Below the pieces are notes generated by a model. It was given only the letters and a program-made list of their open reading frames with translations, was not told the origin of the DNA and ran no database searches. The translations under genes were made by a program, and so were the position numbers. From contig JAKLIQ010000002.1 in assembly GCA_022709525.1 (NCBI GenBank), forward strand, positions 262,003 through 326,002: a stretch of DNA of 64,000 bases. The letters run 5' to 3'. Below, piece by piece: positions 54,073 through 63,945 of the stretch. This DNA comes from Candidatus Omnitrophota bacterium. Its GTDB lineage: Bacteria > Omnitrophota > Omnitrophia > Omnitrophales > Aquincolibacteriaceae. The first letter of the stretch is position 1. Every line of letters begins with the position of its first letter.

Positions 54073-57000
54073 ATTTATCCGAGATCTCCATCAAGAACCC
54101 GGTCTTCGCGTGGATGCTCATGATCGGGCTTATGGTCTTCGGCGTGATCGGCTGTCACGGGATGGGTGTCGGACAAATGCCGGATGTGGACTTTCCCGTC
54201 TTGAATGTAAGCGTGCTTTGGGAAGGCGCCGCGCCCGAGGTTATGGAAAGCGACGTCGTCGACATCATTGAAGACTCTGTTATGGGGATCGAGGGGCTCC
54301 GTGAGATCTCGTCCTCCTCTGCGGAAGGAAAAGCCAGCATCAAGCTCGAGTTCGATCTCGACCGCGATATTGACGTTGCGCTGCAAGAAGTTCAGAGCAA
54401 GATCTCGGAAGCGCGGCGCCGCCTCCCTACGGATGTCGATCCTCCCATCATCCAGAAATTCAATCCCGAAGACCAGCCGATCATGTGGCTTTCGATCACC
54501 TCGCGCCTCCCCCTGAAAGAATTGATGGATTATGTCGACCGGAGCATCAAGGACCGCTTCAAGACCGTACCGGGGGTCGGTGAGATCTTCCTTGGCGGGT
54601 TCCTGGAACGGAATCTCCGCGTGTGGATCGATACCCCGAAACTTGCCGCATACCAGCTGACGGTCGAGGACGTCATTGCCGCGATCCAGACAGAACACGT
54701 TGAGATCCCGGCCGGAAAACTCGAAACCCAGGAAAAAGAATCCGCGGTCCGCGCCATGGGCGAAGCCCAATCCGTCGTGGAATTCGAGAAGATCGTCATC
54801 AATAGCCGTAACGGTAAACCCATTTACCGCCCGATCAAATTAAGCGAGGTTGCCCGGATCGAGGACGGTCTTGCGGACCTTAGAAGGATGTCACGCACCG
54901 GCGGAGAGCCGTCCGTCGGCCTCGGGATCCGGAAACAGCGGGGCGCCAATACCGTCGCCGTAGCCGACGGGGTCAGAAAACGGCTTGCGGAGATCCAACG
55001 CGAACTCCCGACGGATTTTTCGATCGGGATCAATTTCGATTCGAGTAAATTTATCTCGGACAGCGTCCATGAACTGTTCCTGACCCTGATCCTTTCCGCC
55101 GTTCTCACGTCTCTGGTATGCTGGCTTTTTTTAGGGTCGTGGAGTTCGAATATGAACATCCTGCTCGCCATCCCCACCTCGATCCTTGGAACTTTCATCG
55201 TGATGAAAGCATGCAATTTCACCATGAACATATTCACTTTACTCGGCCTCTCGCTCGCCATCGGCATTGTCGTGGATGACGCCATCATGGTGCTTGAAAA
55301 CATCGTCCGTCATCGTGAAATGGGAGAAGGAAAGGTCGATGCCGCCTTAAAAGGGTCGAAAGAGATCACGTTCGCGGCGCTTGCGGCCACCTTAGCTATC
55401 GCGGCGATCTTCATGCCCGTGGTCTATATGCAAGGGATTATCGGGAAATTCTTCCTCCAGTTCGGCATTACGATCACTGCCGCTGTTTTTCTTTCGCTTT
55501 TGGAAGCCCTGACCCTCGCGCCTATGCGATGCTCCCAACTGCTTGAGATTGAAGAGAGAAAAACGCGCTTCGGCAAAGCATTTGAGCATGGCATGATCAA
55601 GCTCAAGGAACTCTATGGAAAAAGCCTGGTCCTGACCCTCAAACATAAATGGAAAATCCTTCTTTTGTCTTTTATCTTTTGTGTTGTCTCTTATATGATC
55701 ACGGCTCCCCTGCTCCGAAAAGAATTCACTCCCCCGCAGGACCAGAGCATGTTCCTGGCGGGGCTGGAAACGCCCATCGGTTCCTCGGTTTATTTTACGA
55801 GTGAAAAATTCAAAGAAGTCGAAGCCTTCGCCATGGCGCACCCCTGCGTTAAACGTTACTTTTGCATCATCGGCGTTCGCATGGGCGGGATCGAAGGTGA
55901 AGTGAACGCGGGTATGCTTTTCGTGACCCTTAAGCAACCGCAGGAACGGCCTTATGATCCGGCGCTCAAACGGCGCCCGACCCAACAGGATGTGATGGAC
56001 CAGTTCAGGGAAGGCCTCAACAAGATCCCGAGCATCCGGGCGACCATGCAAGACCTCTCCACGCGCGGCTTCTCGGCCACGCGTGGGTACCCCGTCGAAT
56101 TTTCGATCCGGGGGCCCAACTGGGACAAGCTGATCGAATACGCCCAGACGATCCAGGACAAGATGAAAAAGAGCCCCTACTTTCAGGATATCGACAGCGA
56201 CTACCGTTCCGGCCTCACGGAAGTGCGGATCACTCCGGACCGCGACAAAGCTTTCGACCATGCCGCGAGCGTCGAAACGATCGCCCGTACGGTGAACGCC
56301 ATGATCGGGGGCGAGCGTGTCGCGAAATATACGCAAGACGGAAGACGCTATGATGTCCGGGTCAAAGCCAACGATCAGGACCGCAATGATGCAGAAGATA
56401 TCAAGGAGCTTTGGATATGGAATAACCGAGGCGAAATGGTCCGGCTCGGGGATGTGGTCAAGGTCACGGAACGCCCCAGCCTTTTAAGTATCACCCGTCA
56501 GGGTCGCGAGCGCGCTATCAGTCTTTACGCCGGTACGGCTAGCGGCCAGTCGCTCGCCACCGCCATTCAGCAGGCCAAAAAGATCGCTGACGAGACGCTG
56601 CCGGCTCCCTATCGGGTCGTTTTCAGCGGAACAAGCCAGACATTCAAGGAATCGATGAGGAGCCTCATCTTCGCGCTTGTGCTCGGCATCGTGGTCGCCT
56701 ACATGATCCTGGCCTCCCAATTCAACCACATCGTTCACCCCATCACGGTGCTTTTGGCGCTTCCTTTCAGCGTCATCGGCGCTTTCTGGGCGCTTTTGAT
56801 CGCCAACCAATCGCTTAATATTTTCAGCTTCATCGCTTTGTTGCTTCTAATGGGCATCGTGAAAAAGAACTCCATCCTGCTTGTGGATTTCACAAATAAA
56901 ATGCGGGAACGCGGCATGAACACTTACGACGCGATCCTTACCGCCTGTCCGATACGGTTGCGCCCCATCATTATGACTTCCATCGCCACCATTGCGGCCG

Positions 57001-57221
57001 CCATCCCGCCGGCCCTTGCGCTCGGCCCGGGCGCGGAGACCCGTATCCCCATGGGTGTCGCGATCATCGGCGGGGTATTAGTCTCAACACTCCTTACCTT
57101 ATTCGTCGTCCCCGCTTTTTATCTGGTCTGCGATAAACTGGAACAAAAAGGCTCGATGAGCGTGATCTTTGGCGAGCTTAAGAACAAAATATTCCTTCGC
57201 TTTGGAAAGAAATCCACGTAA
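54069..57221 (+). CDS. RND-family efflux permease (AcrB/CzcA-like, 1050 aa)
   Basis: 12 TM segments with two large periplasmic loops and ACR_tran-wide similarity (GIVVDDAIMVLENI). Confidence 0.85.
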   Translation: MNLSEISIKNPVFAWMLMIGLMVFGVIGCHGMGVGQMPDVDFPVLNVSVLWEGAAPEVMESDVVDIIEDSVMGIEGLREISSSSAEGKASIKLEFDLDRDIDVALQEVQSKISEARRRLPTDVDPPIIQKFNPEDQPIMWLSITSRLPLKELMDYVDRSIKDRFKTVPGVGEIFLGGFLERNLRVWIDTPKLAAYQLTVEDVIAAIQTEHVEIPAGKLETQEKESAVRAMGEAQSVVEFEKIVINSRNGKPIYRPIKLSEVARIEDGLADLRRMSRTGGEPSVGLGIRKQRGANTVAVADGVRKRLAEIQRELPTDFSIGINFDSSKFISDSVHELFLTLILSAVLTSLVCWLFLGSWSSNMNILLAIPTSILGTFIVMKACNFTMNIFTLLGLSLAIGIVVDDAIMVLENIVRHREMGEGKVDAALKGSKEITFAALAATLAIAAIFMPVVYMQGIIGKFFLQFGITITAAVFLSLLEALTLAPMRCSQLLEIEERKTRFGKAFEHGMIKLKELYGKSLVLTLKHKWKILLLSFIFCVVSYMITAPLLRKEFTPPQDQSMFLAGLETPIGSSVYFTSEKFKEVEAFAMAHPCVKRYFCIIGVRMGGIEGEVNAGMLFVTLKQPQERPYDPALKRRPTQQDVMDQFREGLNKIPSIRATMQDLSTRGFSATRGYPVEFSIRGPNWDKLIEYAQTIQDKMKKSPYFQDIDSDYRSGLTEVRITPDRDKAFDHAASVETIARTVNAMIGGERVAKYTQDGRRYDVRVKANDQDRNDAEDIKELWIWNNRGEMVRLGDVVKVTERPSLLSITRQGRERAISLYAGTASGQSLATAIQQAKKIADETLPAPYRVVFSGTSQTFKESMRSLIFALVLGIVVAYMILASQFNHIVHPITVLLALPFSVIGAFWALLIANQSLNIFSFIALLLLMGIVKKNSILLVDFTNKMRERGMNTYDAILTACPIRLRPIIMTSIATIAAAIPPALALGPGAETRIPMGVAIIGGVLVSTLLTLFVVPAFYLVCDKLEQKGSMSVIFGELKNKIFLRFGKKST

Positions 57222-57230
57222 AAATTCGAT

Positions 57231-57356
57231 TCACCCGTGAAAAGGTCGACCGTTTTTCTTTTTCTTAACGCTTAAAATTTTCCCGTAGGCCAGTACCATG
57301 AGACTTATGATCGCGGTCCATGAAAAGATCATGAAAATCCAGCCGGACCATCTCAT
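57231..57356 (-). CDS. small membrane peptide (41 aa), not in the ORF track
   Basis: AAGGAG-TTTT-ATG lies immediately after the treS stop. Translation: MRWSGWIFMIFSWTAIISLMVLAYGKILSVKKKKNGRPFHG (one TM segment plus a basic tail). Confidence 0.35.
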   Translation of the reverse strand: MRWSGWIFMIFSWTAIISLMVLAYGKILSVKKKKNGRPFHG

Positions 57357-57368
57357 AAAACTCCTTCT

Positions 57369-59012
57369 TTAGGCGGGCTTGCTTAAGCGAAACCAATAAA
57401 AACCGTGAGGCCCTAGAGTCAGAAAATAAGGAAGTTCCCCGATCTTCGGGAACTTCACATTCCCCCACAGCTCTACGGGCTCCAAACCGTTGTATTTTTT
57501 CAGATCCAATTCCACGGGCTGAACGTATCGTGAAAGATTGTTCACGATCAAGAGAGTTTCGTCTTCATAAGCGCGGATATAAGCGAGGATTTTCGGATTT
57601 TTATGCGCCAAAAACTCAAGCGTGCCCCTGCCGAAAGCTCGGAGGCTTTTCCGTACCCGGATCATTCTTTTAGTCCAATTAAGGAGCGATGACTGCGTTT
57701 GCGACTGCGCCTCCACATTGACCGCCTGGTAACCATACACCGGGTCCTCGATCACGGGCGCATAAAGGTTTGCGGGATCCACGGTCGAGAATCCCGCATT
57801 GTGGTCCCGGTTCCACTGCATCGGCGTCCGCACCCCATTACGGTCCCCGAGGTGGAAATTATCCCCCATACCGATCTCATCGCCATAGTAGATCACCGGC
57901 GTCCCGGGGAGACTGAAAAGCAGGCTGCTTAAAAGCTCCATTTGCCTCCGACCGTTGCTCATGAGAGGAGCGAGGCGGCGGCGGATGCCCAGATTCAGCC
58001 TGGCCTTGGGATCGGTGGCATATTCGCGGTACATATAATCCCGCTCCTCCTCGGTCACCATCTCAAGTGTTAGTTCGTCATGATTGCGAAGAAAAAGCGC
58101 CCATTGGCAGTTGTCGGGGATGGCGGGCGTTTGCCGCATGATGTCCAGAATGGGCGTGTTGTCCTCTTTGCGGATCGCCATAAAGATCCTTGGCATCAAG
58201 GGAAAATGGAAGGCCATGTGGCATTCATCCCCGTTCGCGAAATAAGGACGCACATCCGCCGGCCATTGGTTGGCTTCCGCCAAAAGGACCTTCTCCCGGA
58301 ACATCTTGTCCACCTGGGCGCGTATTTTTTTCAGGTAGTCGTGAGTTTCCGGAAGATTCTCGCAACTCGTTCCTTCGCGTTCAAAAAGATAGGGCACCGC
58401 ATCCAGCCGAAAACCGTCAACGCCGGTCAAAAGCCAGAAAAAAAGTATGTCGAGCATGGCCTTCTGGACCGACGGATTGGCGTAATTAAGATCCGGCTGA
58501 TGGCTGAAAAACCGGTGCCAGTAATATTGACCCGATTCCGGATCGAAGGTCCAGTTCGATTTCTCCGTATCGGTGAAAATGATCCTCGCGTCTTTATATT
58601 TTTGCGGGTCATCGCTCCAGATATAAAAGTCTCGTTTGGAGGAATTTTTCGAAGAACGCGCTTCCTTGAACCAGGGATGCTGGTCCGAAGTGTGGTTAAG
58701 CACAAGCTCGATCAGAACCTTGATCCCCCTCCCGTGAGCTGCTTTGACAAAATCCCGGAAATCCTGCATGGTCCCGTATTCCGGAGCCACTTCCTGAAAA
58801 TCGGAGATATCGTAGCCATCATCTTTCATGGGGCTTTTATAAAACGGGAGAAGCCAGATGCAGTTGATGCCGAGATCCCGGAGATAATCGAGTTTCTGGG
58901 TTAGGCCATGAAAATCGCCGAACCCGTTGGCGTTGCTGTCAAAAAAAGTCTTCACATGAAGCTCGTAGATAATGGCATCCTTATACCAAAGACTCTGCTC
59001 ATTCATGAACAA
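57369..59012 (-). CDS. treS: trehalose synthase / maltose alpha-D-glucosyltransferase (GH13)
   Basis: Near-colinear with mycobacterial TreS: WYKDAIIYELHVKTFFDSNANGFGDFHGLTQKLDYLRDLGINCIWLLPFYKSP...LVLNHTSDQHPWF. 547 aa. Confidence 0.8.
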   Translation of the reverse strand: MFMNEQSLWYKDAIIYELHVKTFFDSNANGFGDFHGLTQKLDYLRDLGINCIWLLPFYKSPMKDDGYDISDFQEVAPEYGTMQDFRDFVKAAHGRGIKVLIELVLNHTSDQHPWFKEARSSKNSSKRDFYIWSDDPQKYKDARIIFTDTEKSNWTFDPESGQYYWHRFFSHQPDLNYANPSVQKAMLDILFFWLLTGVDGFRLDAVPYLFEREGTSCENLPETHDYLKKIRAQVDKMFREKVLLAEANQWPADVRPYFANGDECHMAFHFPLMPRIFMAIRKEDNTPILDIMRQTPAIPDNCQWALFLRNHDELTLEMVTEEERDYMYREYATDPKARLNLGIRRRLAPLMSNGRRQMELLSSLLFSLPGTPVIYYGDEIGMGDNFHLGDRNGVRTPMQWNRDHNAGFSTVDPANLYAPVIEDPVYGYQAVNVEAQSQTQSSLLNWTKRMIRVRKSLRAFGRGTLEFLAHKNPKILAYIRAYEDETLLIVNNLSRYVQPVELDLKKYNGLEPVELWGNVKFPKIGELPYFLTLGPHGFYWFRLSKPA

Positions 59013-59818
59013 ATTCCCCTGAAATGGGCCCGGCGGGATTGGATCAAATACCGCAAAAAATCAAACACTTCCGCAGGAGAATGAATGTAATATCTGGCTT
59101 TTGAGACCGCTCTGGGATTTTGAGTCACTTTGACCGTGATCCCGGAACTCGAAAGGGCCCCAAAAGCGTCTTCATCCGTACGATCATCCCCAAAAAACAC
59201 CGGCAAAAAACGCCCTCCTTGGCAGTGTTTTTTAAGAAGCTGTTGTACGATTTTTCCTTTGTGCCAAAGACGGGGACGGAAACGCACTTCCCAGACCTTC
59301 TTCCCCTCCTGGACACGGATCATGCCGAGCCGAAGCCATGGCGCTATCGCCTTCTGGAACTGCGCGTACAAAGAAGCGACTTTGCTCTCCGGAACCAGCC
59401 GGTAGTGCAGACTGATCCCCAGGGTCTTATTTTCAAGCAACATACCCGCGACAGGGCGTATTTTTTTCTTAAGGTCCGCCCGGATCCGGGCCATGACCTT
59501 GGCAGCTTGCTTGGCGGCAGGATAGATCCAATTGAAATCTTTGGACTTTATTTCAAGGCCGTGGTTACCGGCGTAGATAGCCCCCGGGATGGGCCCGGCG
59601 ACACCCTGAAGATCTTTCAAAGAGCGACCGCTCACAATGGCGATTTTTACGCCTTTGAAGCGGCTTAAGGCGCGCAAAGACTCGCGGACATCCTTCTTTA
59701 GAACGGCCTTCTCGGGTCTTTGTACGATCGGTGTCAGCGTTCCGTCATAATCAAAAAAAAAGAAAACTCTCGGAGCGCGCGCGATCTTTTCGGCGAGTTT
59801 GTCGTTAAAACATCGCAT
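59003..59818 (-). CDS. otsB: trehalose-6-phosphate phosphatase (HAD-IIB)
   Basis: HAD motif I FFFDYDGTL and OtsB-like layout. Overlaps treS by 10 nt. Confidence 0.8.
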   Translation of the reverse strand: MRCFNDKLAEKIARAPRVFFFFDYDGTLTPIVQRPEKAVLKKDVRESLRALSRFKGVKIAIVSGRSLKDLQGVAGPIPGAIYAGNHGLEIKSKDFNWIYPAAKQAAKVMARIRADLKKKIRPVAGMLLENKTLGISLHYRLVPESKVASLYAQFQKAIAPWLRLGMIRVQEGKKVWEVRFRPRLWHKGKIVQQLLKKHCQGGRFLPVFFGDDRTDEDAFGALSSSGITVKVTQNPRAVSKARYYIHSPAEVFDFLRYLIQSRRAHFRGICS

Positions 59819-59830
59819 AGTGGATTCCTC

Positions 59831-62053
59831 TCAAAAAGACCTGAGGAGCTCGGTGATCATATCTGCGGCCCAGCGGTAAATATTGTACTCGCGGACGATC
59901 TGACGCATTTTGCGCATTCGTTCTTTTTTCTCTTCGGGATGCATCGTGAGCGCCTGATGGATCGCCTCCGCGGTTCCTTCAACATCATAAGGATTGACCA
60001 AAAGAGCGCTTGAAAATTCATGGCTTGCGCCGGTAAAACGGCTGAGGATCAAAACGCCATTCTCGTCTTCGCGGGATGAAGCGAACTCCTTGGCTACAAG
60101 ATTCATGCCGTCATGAAGCGAACTGACCAGACAGAAATCCGCAAGGCGGTAGAAATCAAAAATGCGTTTCTGATCATGATGTTCTTCAAGAAAAAGTATG
60201 GGACGGTAATTCCCTTTTTGAAAGCGTTGGTTGATCTTCTCTACAAGCTTTTCAACTTCCTTGAGATGGTCCTGATAGCTCCCGATCAGGGTCCGGGAAG
60301 GGGCGCCCAATTCGACGAAAACCAATTCCCCTTGAAGATGGGGGTATTTTTCAAGAACCCGCTCGATCGCCCGGAACCGTTCCAAAAGGCCTTTGGTGTA
60401 ATCAATGCGGTCCACTCCCAAGCCGACTTTCTTGTCCTTCAGCCCGTGATCCTGACGCAATTTCTCAAGCGGATCTTTGCCTGTTTCTTGAGCCGCGGCA
60501 TTTGGCACGCCGGAGATGCTGATGGGAAACGGGCGGACAGCGCTTGTTTTCCCGCCGCGAGTGATTTCAAAATTCGCCCAATTGATCTTACATTCAAGGG
60601 CGCGGTCCACCGTATCAAGGAAATTGTTGCAATGGAACTGCGTGTGAAAACCAACAATATCACTTCCGAGCATACCCTCCAGGATCTCTTCCTGCCAGGG
60701 ACAGATGCCGAATGCCTCCGCGTTGGGCCAGGGAATATGCCAAAAAAGCGCTATTTTCGCATCCGGGCGTTCGTCTTTGATCATTTTGGGTAAAAGCGCG
60801 AAGTGATAATCCTGGATCAGGATCATGGGAGGATCATCGTCAAGCTCTTTAAGAAGCGCATCCGCAAACTTTTGGTTCACCTCTCTGTAACAATGCCAAT
60901 CCTCCATACGGAAAACAGGCCTCACATGGCTGATATGGCAAAGCGGCCACAATCCTTCGTTGGAAAACCCGTAGTAATACCCTTTTTCCTCTTCCTCCGA
61001 AAGCCATACGCGCTTTAAAGTAAAAGAAGGTTTCCACGGCGGCACCGAAACCTTGCTATCTTTATCAACTACCTCCCGGTCGGCATTGCCGGCGGCGTGC
61101 GCGATCCAGAGCCCGCCGGTCGCCTGCAGGACAGGGTCGAGCGCCGTCACAACGCCGCTGGCGGGCGTGATGCACTCGATCTCATTTCCTTTTTTGCGGT
61201 GAATGTACGGCTCACGGTTCGAGACGACAAAAAGCTTCTTCCCGCGAAGCTGGGAATTTAAATAGTCCTTAAGGCGTTCTTTGGTCCAGATAGTCCCCTC
61301 GGCATTGACCGCCCGCGACTGCTCCACTAAGTCTAATCTGGCCGCTTTGAGGCTTGCGGCCATATGGCTCACTCCGTAAAGAAGCTTTTCGATGTCGCCC
61401 TGCTCCTTGTCAGTTTTCGGCTCCACCCCCGTCTCCACCCCGAGGGCTTTTTGGACCATCAGGCCGATCCGCGCGATCGGTCCCGTCACGCTCCAACGGA
61501 TCACGAAGAGCGAAACGATCGAGAGAATGATCGCAAGAATTGAAAAAGTAAGGGCGGAATTTTTCCAGAATTGCCCGATCTGGGCCACGATAAAACCGCG
61601 ATCATGAACAAGGCCTAAGGCGCCGACGATCTGATCTTCTTTAACCAGCGGCACGCCATGGTAATTGACTTTCCGGCCGTTCCATTTACTGTTGATATCA
61701 ACGGGTTTATTTCCTTCAATAACTTTTTCGGATTCTTTTTTAAACAACTCTTCCTGCGTCAATTCGGGCGGCAAAGCGATCCTCTGCCCGTCCTTCATAT
61801 CCACCACAAGTCCGATCAGTCTTGTGTGCCCCTGGAATTTTTCGATAAATCTCTGGATCCGGTCCGGTTGGTCTGTCCGTTCCAAAAAAGATTCGATAGC
61901 TTCTTTGAAAGATTTGGAAAGAACCGTGGTGCGAAGGCGAAGCTCTTCGTTCAGGCGTTTTTCCTCATGCTTCGCCTGAAAATAGGAGAACCCCGCCACA
62001 ACGATGGTGGTAGCAATCAAAAGAGAAAGGATAAGCCGAAGCGTTATTTTCAT
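59831..62053 (-). CDS. otsA: membrane sensor domain::trehalose-6-phosphate synthase (GT20) fusion
   Basis: The C-terminal ~480 aa form a GT20 OtsA domain ([11 protein letters not shown]...[10 protein letters not shown]...). The N-terminal ~270 aa have TM1 ([20 protein letters not shown]), a ~150-aa extracytoplasmic domain, TM2 ([19 protein letters not shown]) and a HAMP-like linker. Start at ATG 62053, overlapping the MscS stop as ATGA. The ORF-track start is TTG at 62101. Confidence 0.75.
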   Translation of the reverse strand: MKITLRLILSLLIATTIVVAGFSYFQAKHEEKRLNEELRLRTTVLSKSFKEAIESFLERTDQPDRIQRFIEKFQGHTRLIGLVVDMKDGQRIALPPELTQEELFKKESEKVIEGNKPVDINSKWNGRKVNYHGVPLVKEDQIVGALGLVHDRGFIVAQIGQFWKNSALTFSILAIILSIVSLFVIRWSVTGPIARIGLMVQKALGVETGVEPKTDKEQGDIEKLLYGVSHMAASLKAARLDLVEQSRAVNAEGTIWTKERLKDYLNSQLRGKKLFVVSNREPYIHRKKGNEIECITPASGVVTALDPVLQATGGLWIAHAAGNADREVVDKDSKVSVPPWKPSFTLKRVWLSEEEEKGYYYGFSNEGLWPLCHISHVRPVFRMEDWHCYREVNQKFADALLKELDDDPPMILIQDYHFALLPKMIKDERPDAKIALFWHIPWPNAEAFGICPWQEEILEGMLGSDIVGFHTQFHCNNFLDTVDRALECKINWANFEITRGGKTSAVRPFPISISGVPNAAAQETGKDPLEKLRQDHGLKDKKVGLGVDRIDYTKGLLERFRAIERVLEKYPHLQGELVFVELGAPSRTLIGSYQDHLKEVEKLVEKINQRFQKGNYRPILFLEEHHDQKRIFDFYRLADFCLVSSLHDGMNLVAKEFASSREDENGVLILSRFTGASHEFSSALLVNPYDVEGTAEAIHQALTMHPEEKKERMRKMRQIVREYNIYRWAADMITELLRSF

Positions 62054-62934
62054 GATTTGTCCCCCGAAACGCTTGAGGCCATTTTGGGGCCCGCCCCCCA
62101 ATAAATTTTCCGGTGCGGGAAAGGAATTTCGATGCCTAGCTCATCAAAACGATTTTTAAGCCGACGTCGGTATTCTCTCGCCACCTCCCATTGTTTGATG
62201 GGCAGGGTCTTCATGCGGCATTTAATGATCACGGCAGAATCCATAAAAGCGTCGACCCCGAGCATTTCCATATCCTCCAAGATCAGCTTGCCGAAATAAG
62301 GGTCTTGGCGCATTTCCTGTGCGATCTCTTTCATAACGCGCATGACGTCATCAACCTTTTCCTTATAGGCAATGCCGACATCCAAGAGGGCTTGAGAATG
62401 TCCTTTTGTAAAATTGATGACGGTTTTGATCTCCCCGTTCGGAATATAGATCACCCGGCCTTCCAGATCCCGGAGCTGGGTCACTCGCAGGTTCATCGAT
62501 TCCACCAAACCTCCGAGCTCGCCGATCTTGACGACATCGTTAACGCGGAATTGACCTTCCAAAAGAATAAAAATACCATTGATAAGATCGCGGATGAGGT
62601 ATTGCCCGCCGAAACCGAACGCAAGGCCCACGATACCGGCTCCCGCAAGCAGCGGAGCAACATCGATTCCGAAATTTTCAAGCAATTCATAAAGGCCGAA
62701 ACATACGATAAAGATCGAACCAAGCCATTTAAGCACATGCAAAAAAGTTTTCAGGCGAAGAATGGATTCTTCCTCCCGGAGGACCTCTTTTCGCGAAATG
62801 GCCGCTTCAAGCCTCTTGAGGCCGAATTTTAACGCGAGAAAAAGCCCCCAGCATAAAAGGAGAATAACGAAGGGCTTCCAAAGCTTGTTGGACCATATTC
62901 CTTGGAAAATTTCGTCCCAAGATGCTGCTGACAT
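62050..62934 (-). CDS. MscS-family mechanosensitive channel
   Basis: 3 TM segments and an MscS beta-domain (GLVESMNLRVTQLRDLEGRVIYIPNGEI). Confidence 0.8.
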   Translation of the reverse strand: MSAASWDEIFQGIWSNKLWKPFVILLLCWGLFLALKFGLKRLEAAISRKEVLREEESILRLKTFLHVLKWLGSIFIVCFGLYELLENFGIDVAPLLAGAGIVGLAFGFGGQYLIRDLINGIFILLEGQFRVNDVVKIGELGGLVESMNLRVTQLRDLEGRVIYIPNGEIKTVINFTKGHSQALLDVGIAYKEKVDDVMRVMKEIAQEMRQDPYFGKLILEDMEMLGVDAFMDSAVIIKCRMKTLPIKQWEVAREYRRRLKNRFDELGIEIPFPHRKIYWGAGPKMASSVSGDKS

Positions 62935-62955
62935 TTAATTAACCTCGCTGACCGG

Positions 62956-63060
62956 TTATTTCTTGTTTTGCCGAGAGCGGATGGCGGCAAACACAATGAA
63001 AGCAACAAAAGCGGCAACTCCCGCATAAACTACTAGATCACCGATCCATCTTGTATTCAT
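62956..63060 (-). CDS. small membrane peptide (34 aa), not in the ORF track
   Basis: ATG at 63060 with GAGGGAAA upstream. Translation: MNTRWIGDLVVYAGVAAFVAFIVFAAIRSRQNKK. Same layout (N-terminal RW, one TM segment, basic tail) as the 57231-57356 peptide. Confidence 0.35.
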   Translation of the reverse strand: MNTRWIGDLVVYAGVAAFVAFIVFAAIRSRQNKK

Positions 63061-63246
63061 GTCCGTTTCCCTCTTCATGCCGGGGCCCGCAAAAATGAAA
63101 AGGGCCGCCGTCTGACTTCTGCGTCAGATGGCGGCCCGACCACCCTCAATACCTCTAACGAATCTTTCCGTTAGACCCTTTCCCAAAAATGAATATCGCG
63201 TTCATGCTAGCTCTCTTATTTTAAAAATGCAACTTCCATTTTGATA

Positions 63247-63945
63247 TCACTTGCCGGCAATGCTGCCGGAAACGATATGAAGGTCCCGCTGCGGAAACGG
63301 GATAGCGATCTTCGCAGCGGCAAGCGCTTTATGGATCGCGAGATTTACCGCGCAAAGCGTTTGGAAATATTTGGTCATCGGGATCCAATACCGGCATCCG
63401 ATATTAAGCGAGGACTCCCCGAACTCCTGAAGCCCGACTTGAGGTTTCGGCTCCTTGGCAACTTCGTTGAAGCTCATGATCGTTCTTTCGATAACCTGGA
63501 TCGCTTTTTCAGGATCATCTCCATAAGAAATGCCGACCATATTTTCGACAATCTTGTATTGAAAAGAATTATGGATGATCTCGCCTACGATATGCTTGTT
63601 CGGAATGGTGATCTTCACACCGTCTTCATCGGTCAGGACCGTACACGCCAGCGTTACTTCTTTGACGATCCCAGCTTGACCCTTCACTTGAATGGTATTG
63701 CCTACCACAAAAGGGCGGCCGAGAATAATCGCGAGCCCGGCCCCGTAGTTGGAAAGCGGCCCCTGGATGGCAAAAGTCAAACCGAAAGCGGCGGCCGAGA
63801 GAGCGGCGACGAGAGGGGTGATCGTGATCCCAAATTTTCCGAGCGCGATGAGAACGGCAAAAGCGAGGATAATGATCTTGATACAATTTGCCAAAAATTT
63901 AGAGAGCGTGATGTCGAATTTTTTCTTCTCGAAGAACCGAAGCAT
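63247..63945 (-). CDS. MscS-family mechanosensitive channel (second copy; N-terminus possibly beyond ORF start)
   Basis: Pore-lining helix AAFGLTFAIQGPLSNYGAGLAIIL and an MscS beta-domain (GIVKEVTLACTVLTDEDGVKITIPN). Confidence 0.75.
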   Translation of the reverse strand: MLRFFEKKKFDITLSKFLANCIKIIILAFAVLIALGKFGITITPLVAALSAAAFGLTFAIQGPLSNYGAGLAIILGRPFVVGNTIQVKGQAGIVKEVTLACTVLTDEDGVKITIPNKHIVGEIIHNSFQYKIVENMVGISYGDDPEKAIQVIERTIMSFNEVAKEPKPQVGLQEFGESSLNIGCRYWIPMTKYFQTLCAVNLAIHKALAAAKIAIPFPQRDLHIVSGSIAGK

